From the NCBI GenBank assembly GCA_900542895.1, contig UQPL01000001.1, positions 1-42,561 on the forward strand: a stretch of DNA of 42,561 bases, read 5' to 3'. The notes beneath the pieces were generated by a model. The model was not told the DNA's origin, searched no databases, and worked only from the letters and a program-made list of their open reading frames with translations. This document shows, one piece after another, positions 1-11,629 of this stretch. The DNA comes from an uncultured Collinsella sp. GTDB lineage: Bacteria; Actinomycetota; Coriobacteriia; Coriobacteriales; Coriobacteriaceae. Every line of letters begins with the position of its first letter. Position 1 is the first letter of the stretch. Both the position numbers and the translations under genes were made by a program.

Positions 1-584
1 CCGCCGATAACGCTCGCCAACGCGCCCTCCATGCCGGCGATGGCGATGACCACCTGTGCCTGGGCAAGTTCCTCGGCATGCGCGAGTAGGCGGTGCAGGC
101 CGGCGACGCCTACGTCGTAGAGGCGGTCGACCTCGTTGCCATAGAACTCGGCCGTCAACGCGGCTTCCTCGGCGACGGGCAGGTCGCTCGTGCCGGCGCA
201 GGCGACGACGATGCGTCCGTTGCCGGTAGGGGAGGGCTTGCCGCCCACGAGGGCGAGCTGCGCGTCCGGGACATATCCCAGGTCGATGCCGTTGCCGAGG
301 AGCTCCGAGGTGCGGGCTGCCTTTTCGGCATCCAGGCGCGTGACCAGGATGCGCTCCTGGCCGGCATCGCGCAGCGCTTCGATAATGGCGGCAATTTGCT
401 CGGCGGTTTTACCGGCACCGTAGACAACCTCGCCGGCTCCCTGGCGCACTCCGCGCGAAAGATCGAGCTGCGCAAAGCCTAAATCGGCGGTCGGAGCCGT
501 CTGGATGCGTGTGAGGGCGTCGGCAGGGGTGACTGATCCGCCGGCAACATCGCTCAGTAGCTGCTCTAGATCTCGCTTATCCAT
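1..584 (-). CDS. larB: Nickel-pincer cofactor biosynthesis protein LarB (PurE-like); 3' end runs off the window
   Basis: Absent from the ORF track (no stop in window). My translation from ATG at 584 (GAAGGGA upstream): MDKRDLEQLL...GEVVYGAGKT...AGTSDLPVAEEA...YDVGVAGLHRLL...IAGMEGALASVIG, the LarB motifs. Confidence 0.88.
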   Translation of the reverse strand, partial: MDKRDLEQLLSDVAGGSVTPADALTRIQTAPTADLGFAQLDLSRGVRQGAGEVVYGAGKTAEQIAAIIEALRDAGQERILVTRLDAEKAARTSELLGNGIDLGYVPDAQLALVGGKPSPTGNGRIVVACAGTSDLPVAEEAALTAEFYGNEVDRLYDVGVAGLHRLLAHAEELAQAQVVIAIAGMEGALASVIG

Positions 585-698
585 ATATGTTCCCTTCGAC
601 GGCGCAAAGTCTAGCACTCAAAGGGTATGTTTCCGAACACTAAGACAAAATTGTTCGGAAACTATAGGACAGACTGATTCAATTGTTAGACAGATCGG

Positions 699-1334
699 CT
701 AGTCGCGCAGGATGATGTCCATGGCGAGCATCAGGTTGCGCTCGTCGATGGCAAACGGGGCTGCCTCGCGCGTCTTGGGCTTGGCGCAAAACGCGATGCC
801 AGTGCCCGCGGCCTGGATCATGGGGATGTCGTTGGCGCCGTCGCCGATTGCCACGGTATGGGCCATGTCGACACCGCACTCAACTGCCCAGTCCAGCAGC
901 TGGATGAGCTTGGACTCCTTGGTCACAATGTTGGCAGCCAACTTACCGGTGAGCTTGCCGTCCATGACTTCCAGGCGGTTGGCCAGGCAAAAATCGATGC
1001 CCGCGGCGGTTACGATCTTGTCAGCGACCTCGTGGAAGCCGCCGCTTACCACGCCGACCTTCCAGCCCTTGCTGTGTGCCGAGCGCACAAGCTCTAACGC
1101 GCCGGGGGTAAACGTCACGCGCTCAAAGGTGCGCTCGAACACACTCTCGTCCAAGCCGGCAAGCAGCCCCACGCGTTCCTCGAGCGCCTGCTTAAAGTCG
1201 AGCTCGCCGCGCATGGCGCGCTCGGTGATCTTCGCCACTTGCTCGCCTACGCCGGCCTCCTCGCCCAACAGGTCGATGACCTCCTGGTTGATGAGCGTGG
1301 AGTCGATATCCATAACGATGAGGCGTGCAGTCAT
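699..1334 (-). CDS. serB: Phosphoserine phosphatase (HAD family)
   Basis: MDIDSTLI (DxDST), VSGGF and GDGANDIPM motifs; ATG at 1334 preceded by GGAAAGG. Confidence 0.9.
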   Translation of the reverse strand: MTARLIVMDIDSTLINQEVIDLLGEEAGVGEQVAKITERAMRGELDFKQALEERVGLLAGLDESVFERTFERVTFTPGALELVRSAHSKGWKVGVVSGGFHEVADKIVTAAGIDFCLANRLEVMDGKLTGKLAANIVTKESKLIQLLDWAVECGVDMAHTVAIGDGANDIPMIQAAGTGIAFCAKPKTREAAPFAIDERNLMLAMDIILRD

Positions 1335-1491
1335 GGTGGGCCTTTCCGAGTGCAGTTGTATTGGGGCACATTGTCGCACGCGGCGCGCCTGGGCGACGGC
1401 CGCGGTGCGTCAATTGTTTCGTCTCCGTCAAGTCTTTGGGCAAGAGTTACTTTTTCGCGGTACATCGACGTGGGTGCGATAAGATAGAACG

Positions 1492-1590
1492 CCATGTCCG
1501 GCTGCGCGGTTTACGCAGGCTGGGCAAATCTGTACGACGCCGCCCGGAACGACACGGGGCGGCACAGATCCATAAAGGAGGATCACTGGT
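1492..1590 (+). promoter_or_regulatory. Structured 5' leader of aspS (two hairpins)
   Basis: -10-like TAAGAT at 1480-1485; hairpins at about 1495-1526 and 1528-1569 just before the AAGGAGG RBS. Confidence 0.4.
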
Positions 1591-3378
1591 ATGAGCCAGA
1601 CCCGTCCCATCGATGAGCATTCCATGCACACCCGTACCTGCGGCGAGCTTCGCTTCGAGAACGTGGGCGAAGAGGTCACCCTCACCGGTTGGGTGAGCCG
1701 TCGCCGCGACCACGGCGGCCTTATCTTCTGCGACCTTCGCGACCGCGAGGGCATCACGCAGCTCACCTTCGACCCCGAGCACTCCGATGGCGATGCCTTT
1801 AAGATCGCCGAGACCATGCGTCCCGAGTGGCCCATCAAGATCCACGGCGTCGTGCGCGCCCGTGGCGAGGAGACCACCAACACCAAGCTCGCGACCGGCG
1901 AGATCGAGGTCCTGACCGACCACGCCGAGGTGCTCAACACGTCCGTCACCCCGCCGTTCCAGATCGAGGACGGCATCGAGACCAGCGAGGACACCCGTCT
2001 GCGCTATCGCTATCTGGATCTCCGCCGTCCCGAGATGATGGCCAACCTCAAGCTGCGCTCCGACTTTACCTTTGCCATTCGCGAGGCACTGCACAACCGT
2101 GAGTTCATGGAGGTCGAGACGCCCTCCCTGTTTAAGTCCACGCCCGAGGGCGCCCGCGACTTCATCGTTCCCAGCCGCATCCAGCCGGGCAACTTCTACG
2201 CCCTGCCGCAGTCCCCGCAGCTTCTGAAGCAGCTGCTCATGGTTGGTGGCGTTGAGCGCTACTACCAGGTTGCCAAGTGCTTCCGCGACGAGGACCTGCG
2301 TGCCGACCGTCAGCCCGAGTTCACCCAGGTCGATATCGAGATGTCCTTCGTGGACCAGAACGATGTCATGAGCGCGCTCGAAGAGGTTCTTGCCGATGCC
2401 TTCGGCCGCATGGGTGTCGAGATGCCCACGCCGCTGCGTCGTATGAACTACTGGGATGCCATGGACACCTATGGCTCCGACAAGCCCGATACCCGCTATG
2501 GCATGCACCTGGTCGACCTGACCGACATCTTTGCCCACTCCAAGTTCAAGGTCTTTGCGACTGCCGCAAACGAGGAGGGCTCCGTCGTCAAGGCCATCAA
2601 CGCCAAGGGCGCCGGTGCCTGGGCACGTGCCAAGATCGATAAGCTCGCCGGCGTGGCCTCCACGTTTGGCGCCAAGGGCCTGGCATGGATCGCCTTCCGC
2701 GAGGACGGCTCCATCAACAGCCCCATCGTCAAGTTCTTCTCGGACGAGGAGATGGCCGCTCTGCGCGAGCGCATGGACGTCGAGCCCGGCGACCTTGTGA
2801 TGTTCGCCGCCGGCCCGCGCCTGCTCTCCGACGAGATCCTGGGCGGCATGCGTTCGCACATGGCCAACGCACTCGAGATCAAGCGCGAGGGCCACGACTT
2901 CCTGTGGGTCGTCAATTTCCCGCTGTTCCATTGGGACGAGGACCGCAAGGCCTACGCTGCCGAGCATCAGCCCTTTACCCTGCCGACCGAGACCGACATC
3001 GCCAAGATCGAGGCCGATCCGCTGGCGGCCGGTTCGTGCACCTACGACTTTGTCATGGACGGCTTTGAGGCCGGCGGTGGCGGTATGCGTATCCACAACG
3101 CCGAGATGCAGATGTCCATGCTCAAGCTCCTGGGCTTTACCGAGGAGCGCGCCGAGTCTCAGTTTGGCTTCCTCATGGAGGCCCTCAAGTTTGGTGCGCC
3201 CCCGATGGGCGGTTTCGCTCTGGGCCTGGACCGCGTGTGCATGCTGCTCACCGGTTCCGACTCCATCCGCGACGTCATGGCGTTCCCTAAGACGGCCAGC
3301 GGCTCCGACCTTATGTCGGGCGCTCCGAGTGCCGTTAGCGGCGCCCAGCTCAAGGACGTCAGTCTGCGCCTGATGTAG
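1591..3378 (+). CDS. aspS: Aspartyl-tRNA synthetase, probably non-discriminating (Asp/Asn)
   Basis: RRDHGGLIF, RLRYRYLDLRR, STPEGARDF, CFRDEDLRADRQPEFTQVDIEMSF, GLDR, FPKT; strong RBS. Confidence 0.97.
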   Translation: MSQTRPIDEHSMHTRTCGELRFENVGEEVTLTGWVSRRRDHGGLIFCDLRDREGITQLTFDPEHSDGDAFKIAETMRPEWPIKIHGVVRARGEETTNTKLATGEIEVLTDHAEVLNTSVTPPFQIEDGIETSEDTRLRYRYLDLRRPEMMANLKLRSDFTFAIREALHNREFMEVETPSLFKSTPEGARDFIVPSRIQPGNFYALPQSPQLLKQLLMVGGVERYYQVAKCFRDEDLRADRQPEFTQVDIEMSFVDQNDVMSALEEVLADAFGRMGVEMPTPLRRMNYWDAMDTYGSDKPDTRYGMHLVDLTDIFAHSKFKVFATAANEEGSVVKAINAKGAGAWARAKIDKLAGVASTFGAKGLAWIAFREDGSINSPIVKFFSDEEMAALRERMDVEPGDLVMFAAGPRLLSDEILGGMRSHMANALEIKREGHDFLWVVNFPLFHWDEDRKAYAAEHQPFTLPTETDIAKIEADPLAAGSCTYDFVMDGFEAGGGGMRIHNAEMQMSMLKLLGFTEERAESQFGFLMEALKFGAPPMGGFALGLDRVCMLLTGSDSIRDVMAFPKTASGSDLMSGAPSAVSGAQLKDVSLRLM

Positions 3379-3401
3379 GGAAGCGGCTACATATTGCCTG
3401 T

Positions 3402-3437
3402 AACGAGGGAAGGACACGTGCCTTCCCTCGTTTTTTA
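3402..3437 (+). terminator. Intrinsic terminator of aspS
   Basis: AACGAGGGAAGG / CCTTCCCTCGTT stem followed by a T run. Confidence 0.85.
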
Positions 3438-3510
3438 TGTCGTGACGTCATGGTTTGGAGGCTTGCCGTCGTGCGCCGGGAAACTACAACCCGGAATTTG
3501 CGTCCAGAAC

Positions 3511-3616
3511 GGGTCGCGCTTTCCCAAGGGGGGTCCTCTGGGAAAGCGCGACCCAGAATGAGCGCTCAAAACGGGGCAGGCTTTCCGCAACAACTGTCTG
3601 GCAGAAAGCCTGCCCC
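3511..3616. repeat. Two GC-rich inverted repeats between aspS and the LacI gene
   Basis: GGGTCGCGCTTTCCCA/TGGGAAAGCGCGACCC (3511-3554) and GGGGCAGGCTTTC/GAAAGCCTGCCCC (3573-3616). Confidence 0.7.
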
Positions 3617-3622
3617 AGTTTC

Positions 3623-4639
3623 TTATAGCGAGTCTCTCTGGATCAGCTGCATGTGCATCACGGAGGTGGTAGGCTCGGCACCCTTGATCATGTCGAGCGC
3701 AATGTTGGCGGCCATGTGGCCTTCTTCGCGCAGGGGCTGGCGGACGGTCGTGAGCGCGGGGACGCAGCGCGTCGCAATCTCGTGATCGTCGAAGCCGACG
3801 ACAGAAACGTCCGCAGGAACGGATAGGCCTGCCTCGTTGAGTGCGGTGATGACGCCAGCCGCGATACGGTCCGATCCGCAGAGCACGCCATCGAAAGCAA
3901 TCTTGCGCGCGAGAATCAGGTGCATGGCCTGATAGCCGTCTCCGCTGTTCCAGCCGGTATAGATAACGTTTGCGTCTGGGAGGTCTTCGCCCAAGACGGC
4001 GCGGTAGCCGCGCAGGCGGTCGACAACAGCGGGGTTGTCTTGCGGTCCCAACACGGCGACGATATCTTTGCGGCCGCGCCCCTTCATGGCGAGTGCCGCA
4101 AAGCGTCCGCCCTCTTCGTCGTCAGAGTAGACCGTCGAGAACACATCGCGATAGGGGTGGCCCTCGAGCTGGCCGCACAACACGGTGGGTACGCCCAGCT
4201 CGCGCAGCACCTCGAGCAGCTCGTTGCCTTTGTAGGGAGAGACGTCGATCACGGCGTCGAACGAGCGGCGCTCAAAGTGCTCGCGTGCGCGGTTGCGCTC
4301 ATGCGTAGAAGACGCCTGCAAGATAACGGGCAGATAGGACGACTCCGACAGTTCCTCGGTAATGCCGCTCAAAAACTCGCTATAGGTGGGGTCGCTGAAG
4401 AGTTCACTCAGAGGCTCGGTCACGAGCACGGCGATGATTTCCGTGCGCCCGACAGCGAGCGCTCGGCCACGAGCGTTGGGGACAAAATTGACTTCCTTGG
4501 CCGCCGCGCGGACGCGCTTTTTGGTTTCCTCGCTAATGCGGGGCGAATCGTTGAGGGCGCGCGATGCCGTGGAGCGCGACACGCCGGCAGCTGCGGCAAC
4601 CTCGGCAAGCGTAGGTGCGGTGCGAACTGGTTGTGTCAT
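3623..4639 (-). CDS. LacI-family transcriptional regulator (EbgR-like position, divergent from ebgA)
   Basis: N-terminal HTH TLAEVAAAAGVSRSTASRALN; C-terminal VPADVSVVGFDD...LTTVRQP. Confidence 0.93.
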   Translation of the reverse strand: MTQPVRTAPTLAEVAAAAGVSRSTASRALNDSPRISEETKKRVRAAAKEVNFVPNARGRALAVGRTEIIAVLVTEPLSELFSDPTYSEFLSGITEELSESSYLPVILQASSTHERNRAREHFERRSFDAVIDVSPYKGNELLEVLRELGVPTVLCGQLEGHPYRDVFSTVYSDDEEGGRFAALAMKGRGRKDIVAVLGPQDNPAVVDRLRGYRAVLGEDLPDANVIYTGWNSGDGYQAMHLILARKIAFDGVLCGSDRIAAGVITALNEAGLSVPADVSVVGFDDHEIATRCVPALTTVRQPLREEGHMAANIALDMIKGAEPTTSVMHMQLIQRDSL

Positions 4640-4880
4640 GGCGTCTCCTGGAAAATGCGGTCGATGTTGTCACTGATACGGGCTAGTGCGGATACAGCTT
4701 ACTATAGTGCGCCTGAACAGCGTTCATGATATCCGGTGACCGGTGTCGTTTTGCAACCAAGCCGAAATCGAATACGTCTCGTGTGGGTGAGATATCAGCG
4801 GGCGTGGAGGTTGCCTACGAGCTTAAGAACGATGTCTTGTGCTGAGTTTCGATACTCAGGGTGACATAAGTGTTGCGATT

Positions 4881-4984
4881 GTACAACCGGTTGCACCGTT
4901 AACCCGGCCAAATCGACCGTTCAGCGGACAACCGGTTGCACAGTATTTTGCATCGCCCGTAAGATAAGGACAACCGGTTGCACA
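4881..4984. promoter_or_regulatory. Three LacI-type operators ACAACCGGTTGCAC upstream of ebgA
   Basis: Palindromic core CAACCGGTTG starts at 4884, 4929 and 4971; a -10-like TAAGAT at about 4960 lies between sites 2 and 3. Confidence 0.8.
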
Positions 4985-5003
4985 AGAATCACTACGATGA
5001 TGA

Positions 5004-8024
<3,021 letters not shown>

Positions 8025-8027
8025 GCC

Positions 8028-8483
8028 ATGCATGTCTTTAACTCGCGCGCCGATTTCGACGCTCAGATGAAGTCCGTCAAGAAGTGGATGCGCACCGGCC
8101 AGGCGCTCGATGGTGTTGCCGACCTGCAGCACGACGTGGCTTACTCCATCGGCGACTCGTTGGTGTACTGGTGGGTGAACGCTCATGAGGCGGCTACTGC
8201 CGATCTGGTCGGTCACCGTCGCTACCATGCCGTGCTCGCTCCTCTCGACGGCGACCTGACCGTCGAGGTTGCCCCCAAGGCAGGTCTCACCTGCACCCGC
8301 GCTTACAGCGATATCGATGATCGCGAGCGCTTTGAGGGTGCGGGGGAGACCGTGACGATTCCCGCCGGCGGCGTTGCCGTCGTCGAAATTGACGAGGCCT
8401 ATCGCGTCGTGGCCGATGCCGCGGATCCCCGCGTCGTGGTACTGCACGTGACGGTCGAAGGTTATTCCTTCCCCAACAAGTAG
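8028..8483 (+). CDS. ebgC: Beta-galactosidase beta subunit EbgC (YhcH/YjgK/YiaL family)
   Basis: YSIGDSL, GHRRY, AYSDIDDRE and VTVEG...NK motifs; directly after ebgA with its own RBS. Confidence 0.85.
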   Translation: MHVFNSRADFDAQMKSVKKWMRTGQALDGVADLQHDVAYSIGDSLVYWWVNAHEAATADLVGHRRYHAVLAPLDGDLTVEVAPKAGLTCTRAYSDIDDRERFEGAGETVTIPAGGVAVVEIDEAYRVVADAADPRVVVLHVTVEGYSFPNK

Positions 8484-8624
8484 TATTCGTCCGCCTGGAC
8501 GTTTGCTTCGCGCCGTTAAGGGGGATGGCTTTGTTGACTCCCTTTTCCCCATTCCCCTTAGCAGGTGCGCCGTCCGTGTTTGCACTTGCAGCTCGGACGG
8601 GTTTAGATGACATTTAATAGATGA

Positions 8625-10100
<1,476 letters not shown>

Positions 10101-10147
10101 CGGCTAGGATTAATCTACGGCTGTGGAATAAATCGATTCCCTTTCCT

Positions 10148-10178
10148 AAGGAGGGGCCTTACGAGGCCCCTCCTTTTG
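10148..10178 (+). terminator. Intrinsic terminator of the ebg operon
   Basis: AAGGAGGGGCCT-TACG-AGGCCCCTCCTT followed by T-rich sequence. Confidence 0.85.
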
Positions 10179-10200
10179 TGTTTTGGAGCATGGTTTTGGA

Positions 10201-10428
10201 CCCTGTGGGCAAAAAATGCCAAATATGAGTACTGTTGCAAAAGAGGTGTCATATTTTTCGGCCTGTTCTGAGCGAAAATGGGCTCAAAATCAATTTATCT
10301 AACCCCCTATAGACGCGATTCGATGGCTTCCAAAACATTAAAATCGGCCAAATCGGCCAATTTGCTCTCAATTCTGCTGCTACTAAATTTGTGACAGTAC
10401 TCATATTTGCCACTTTTTGTCCACGGGG
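10201..10428. repeat. AT-rich 228-bp element bounded by 41-bp imperfect inverted repeats (MITE-like)
   Basis: 10201-10241 matches the reverse complement of 10388-10428 at 35/41 positions. Confidence 0.7.
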
Positions 10429-10521
10429 TGTCCGAAAGGGTCCTCGACAAGCATCTAACGCTACAATAACTACCACATGGCTGGGTTTGCCAGCCGAATG
10501 TACGATGTCGTGGGAGGGGAC

Positions 10522-10770
10522 ATGGTCGAGTTTACAAAGACGATTAAAGATCCGTTGGGATTACATGCCCGCCCGGTTGCGCTGCTCTATGACATCATTG
10601 CCAAGCATCGTTGCGACGTGTCAGTCAGTATCGGCGATCGCCACACGAATGGCCGCGATGTCATGGGACTCATGGCTCTCTACGGCGAGTGCGGCGAGGA
10701 CATCATCTTCCGCGTTTCGGGCGTAGACGAGGCTTCCTGCGTTACGTCGATCAGAAATCTCTCACTCTAA
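10522..10770 (+). CDS. HPr-family phosphocarrier protein
   Basis: 82 aa; GLHARP with His15; GGAGGGG RBS before ATG 10522. Confidence 0.85.
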   Translation: MVEFTKTIKDPLGLHARPVALLYDIIAKHRCDVSVSIGDRHTNGRDVMGLMALYGECGEDIIFRVSGVDEASCVTSIRNLSL

Positions 10771-10823
10771 CCTCAACAATGTGACAAAGGGGCAGTCCCC
10801 TCTGTTGCATCAATTGGTATGGC

Positions 10824-10864
10824 AAGGCGCCGCAAAGAGACAGTCTTTGCGGCGCCTTTGTTTC
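10824..10864 (+). terminator. Hairpin terminator after the HPr gene
   Basis: AAGGCGCCGCAAAGA / TCTTTGCGGCGCCTT followed by TGTTT. Confidence 0.75.
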
Positions 10865-10906
10865 GTATAGGAAACTTTTTCGAAATCTGAATGTGGACCC
10901 TTTCCA

Positions 10907-10960
10907 AAAAGTTAACCACGTGTTAGTTTACTATAGCGAACATAGGCGTGGTTAACTTTT
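10907..10960. promoter_or_regulatory. feo promoter with candidate metal-repressor boxes
   Basis: Perfect 14-bp inverted repeat AAAAGTTAACCACG (10907-10920) / CGTGGTTAACTTTT (10947-10960). Confidence 0.6.
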
Positions 10961-11002
10961 ACCGTGTCGATGTTAAGGACGAACTGACGTTAGGAGCCAC
11001 TC

Positions 11003-11245
11003 ATGTCTTGCGGACCGCAGATGCCGGCCATGCCGCTTTCGATGGTAAAAGCGGGCGAAACCGTGCGCGTGTCTCGCGTAAAGGGCAATGAGGACATGAA
11101 GCACCACCTCAAGGACCTCGGCTTTGTCGAGGGCAACGAAATCCACGTGGTGAGCTCGAGTGGCGCCAATATCATCGTCACCGTGCTGGGCGCACGCTTT
11201 GGTATCGATTCCAAGGTTGCCATGCACATCATGACCGTCGGTTAG
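11003..11245 (+). CDS. feoA: Ferrous iron transport protein A
   Basis: MPLSMVKAGE...HLKDLGFVEG...RFGIDSKVAMHIM; the true start may be a later Met. Confidence 0.88.
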   Translation: MSCGPQMPAMPLSMVKAGETVRVSRVKGNEDMKHHLKDLGFVEGNEIHVVSSSGANIIVTVLGARFGIDSKVAMHIMTVG

Positions 11246-11284
11246 TCCGCAGCATTTCAAAAAAACCGAAAGGGGGACAAGAGG

Positions 11285-11506
11285 ATGAAGACGTTGGGTG
11301 ACGTCAAGGTGGGCGAGAGCTCCACCATCGTCAAGCTTCACGGTGAGGGTGCGCTTCGCCGCCACCTTATGGACTTGGGGCTCATCAAGGGCACTTCGTT
11401 CAAGGTCGTGAAGGTTGCACCGCTCGGTGATCCGGTCGAGATCAACGTGCGCGGCTACGAGCTTTCCATCCGCAAGGAGGAGGCGGCCGTCGTCGAGGTC
11501 CAGTAA
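11285..11506 (+). CDS. feoA: Ferrous iron transport protein A (second copy)
   Basis: LMDLGL...VAPLGDPVEINVRGYELSIRKEEA. Confidence 0.93.
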   Translation: MKTLGDVKVGESSTIVKLHGEGALRRHLMDLGLIKGTSFKVVKVAPLGDPVEINVRGYELSIRKEEAAVVEVQ

Positions 11507-11534
11507 GGGCTCGCGACGTATATTTCTGCAGATA

Positions 11535-11554
11535 AAGTTAGGTTTTTCTAACTT
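11535..11554. promoter_or_regulatory. Candidate DtxR/MntR-type box upstream of feoB
   Basis: AAGTTAG-GTTTTT-CTAACTT palindrome. Confidence 0.55.
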
Positions 11555-11629
11555 AATGCTGCAACTTTGAAGCACATTATCCAGCCTGCGCGGAGAAAGC
11601 AGCGCAGGCACACAAGGAAGAAGGATTGA

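Noticed and set aside
93..482. Short ORFs at the left edge
   Set aside because: They overlap the larB frame on the minus strand.
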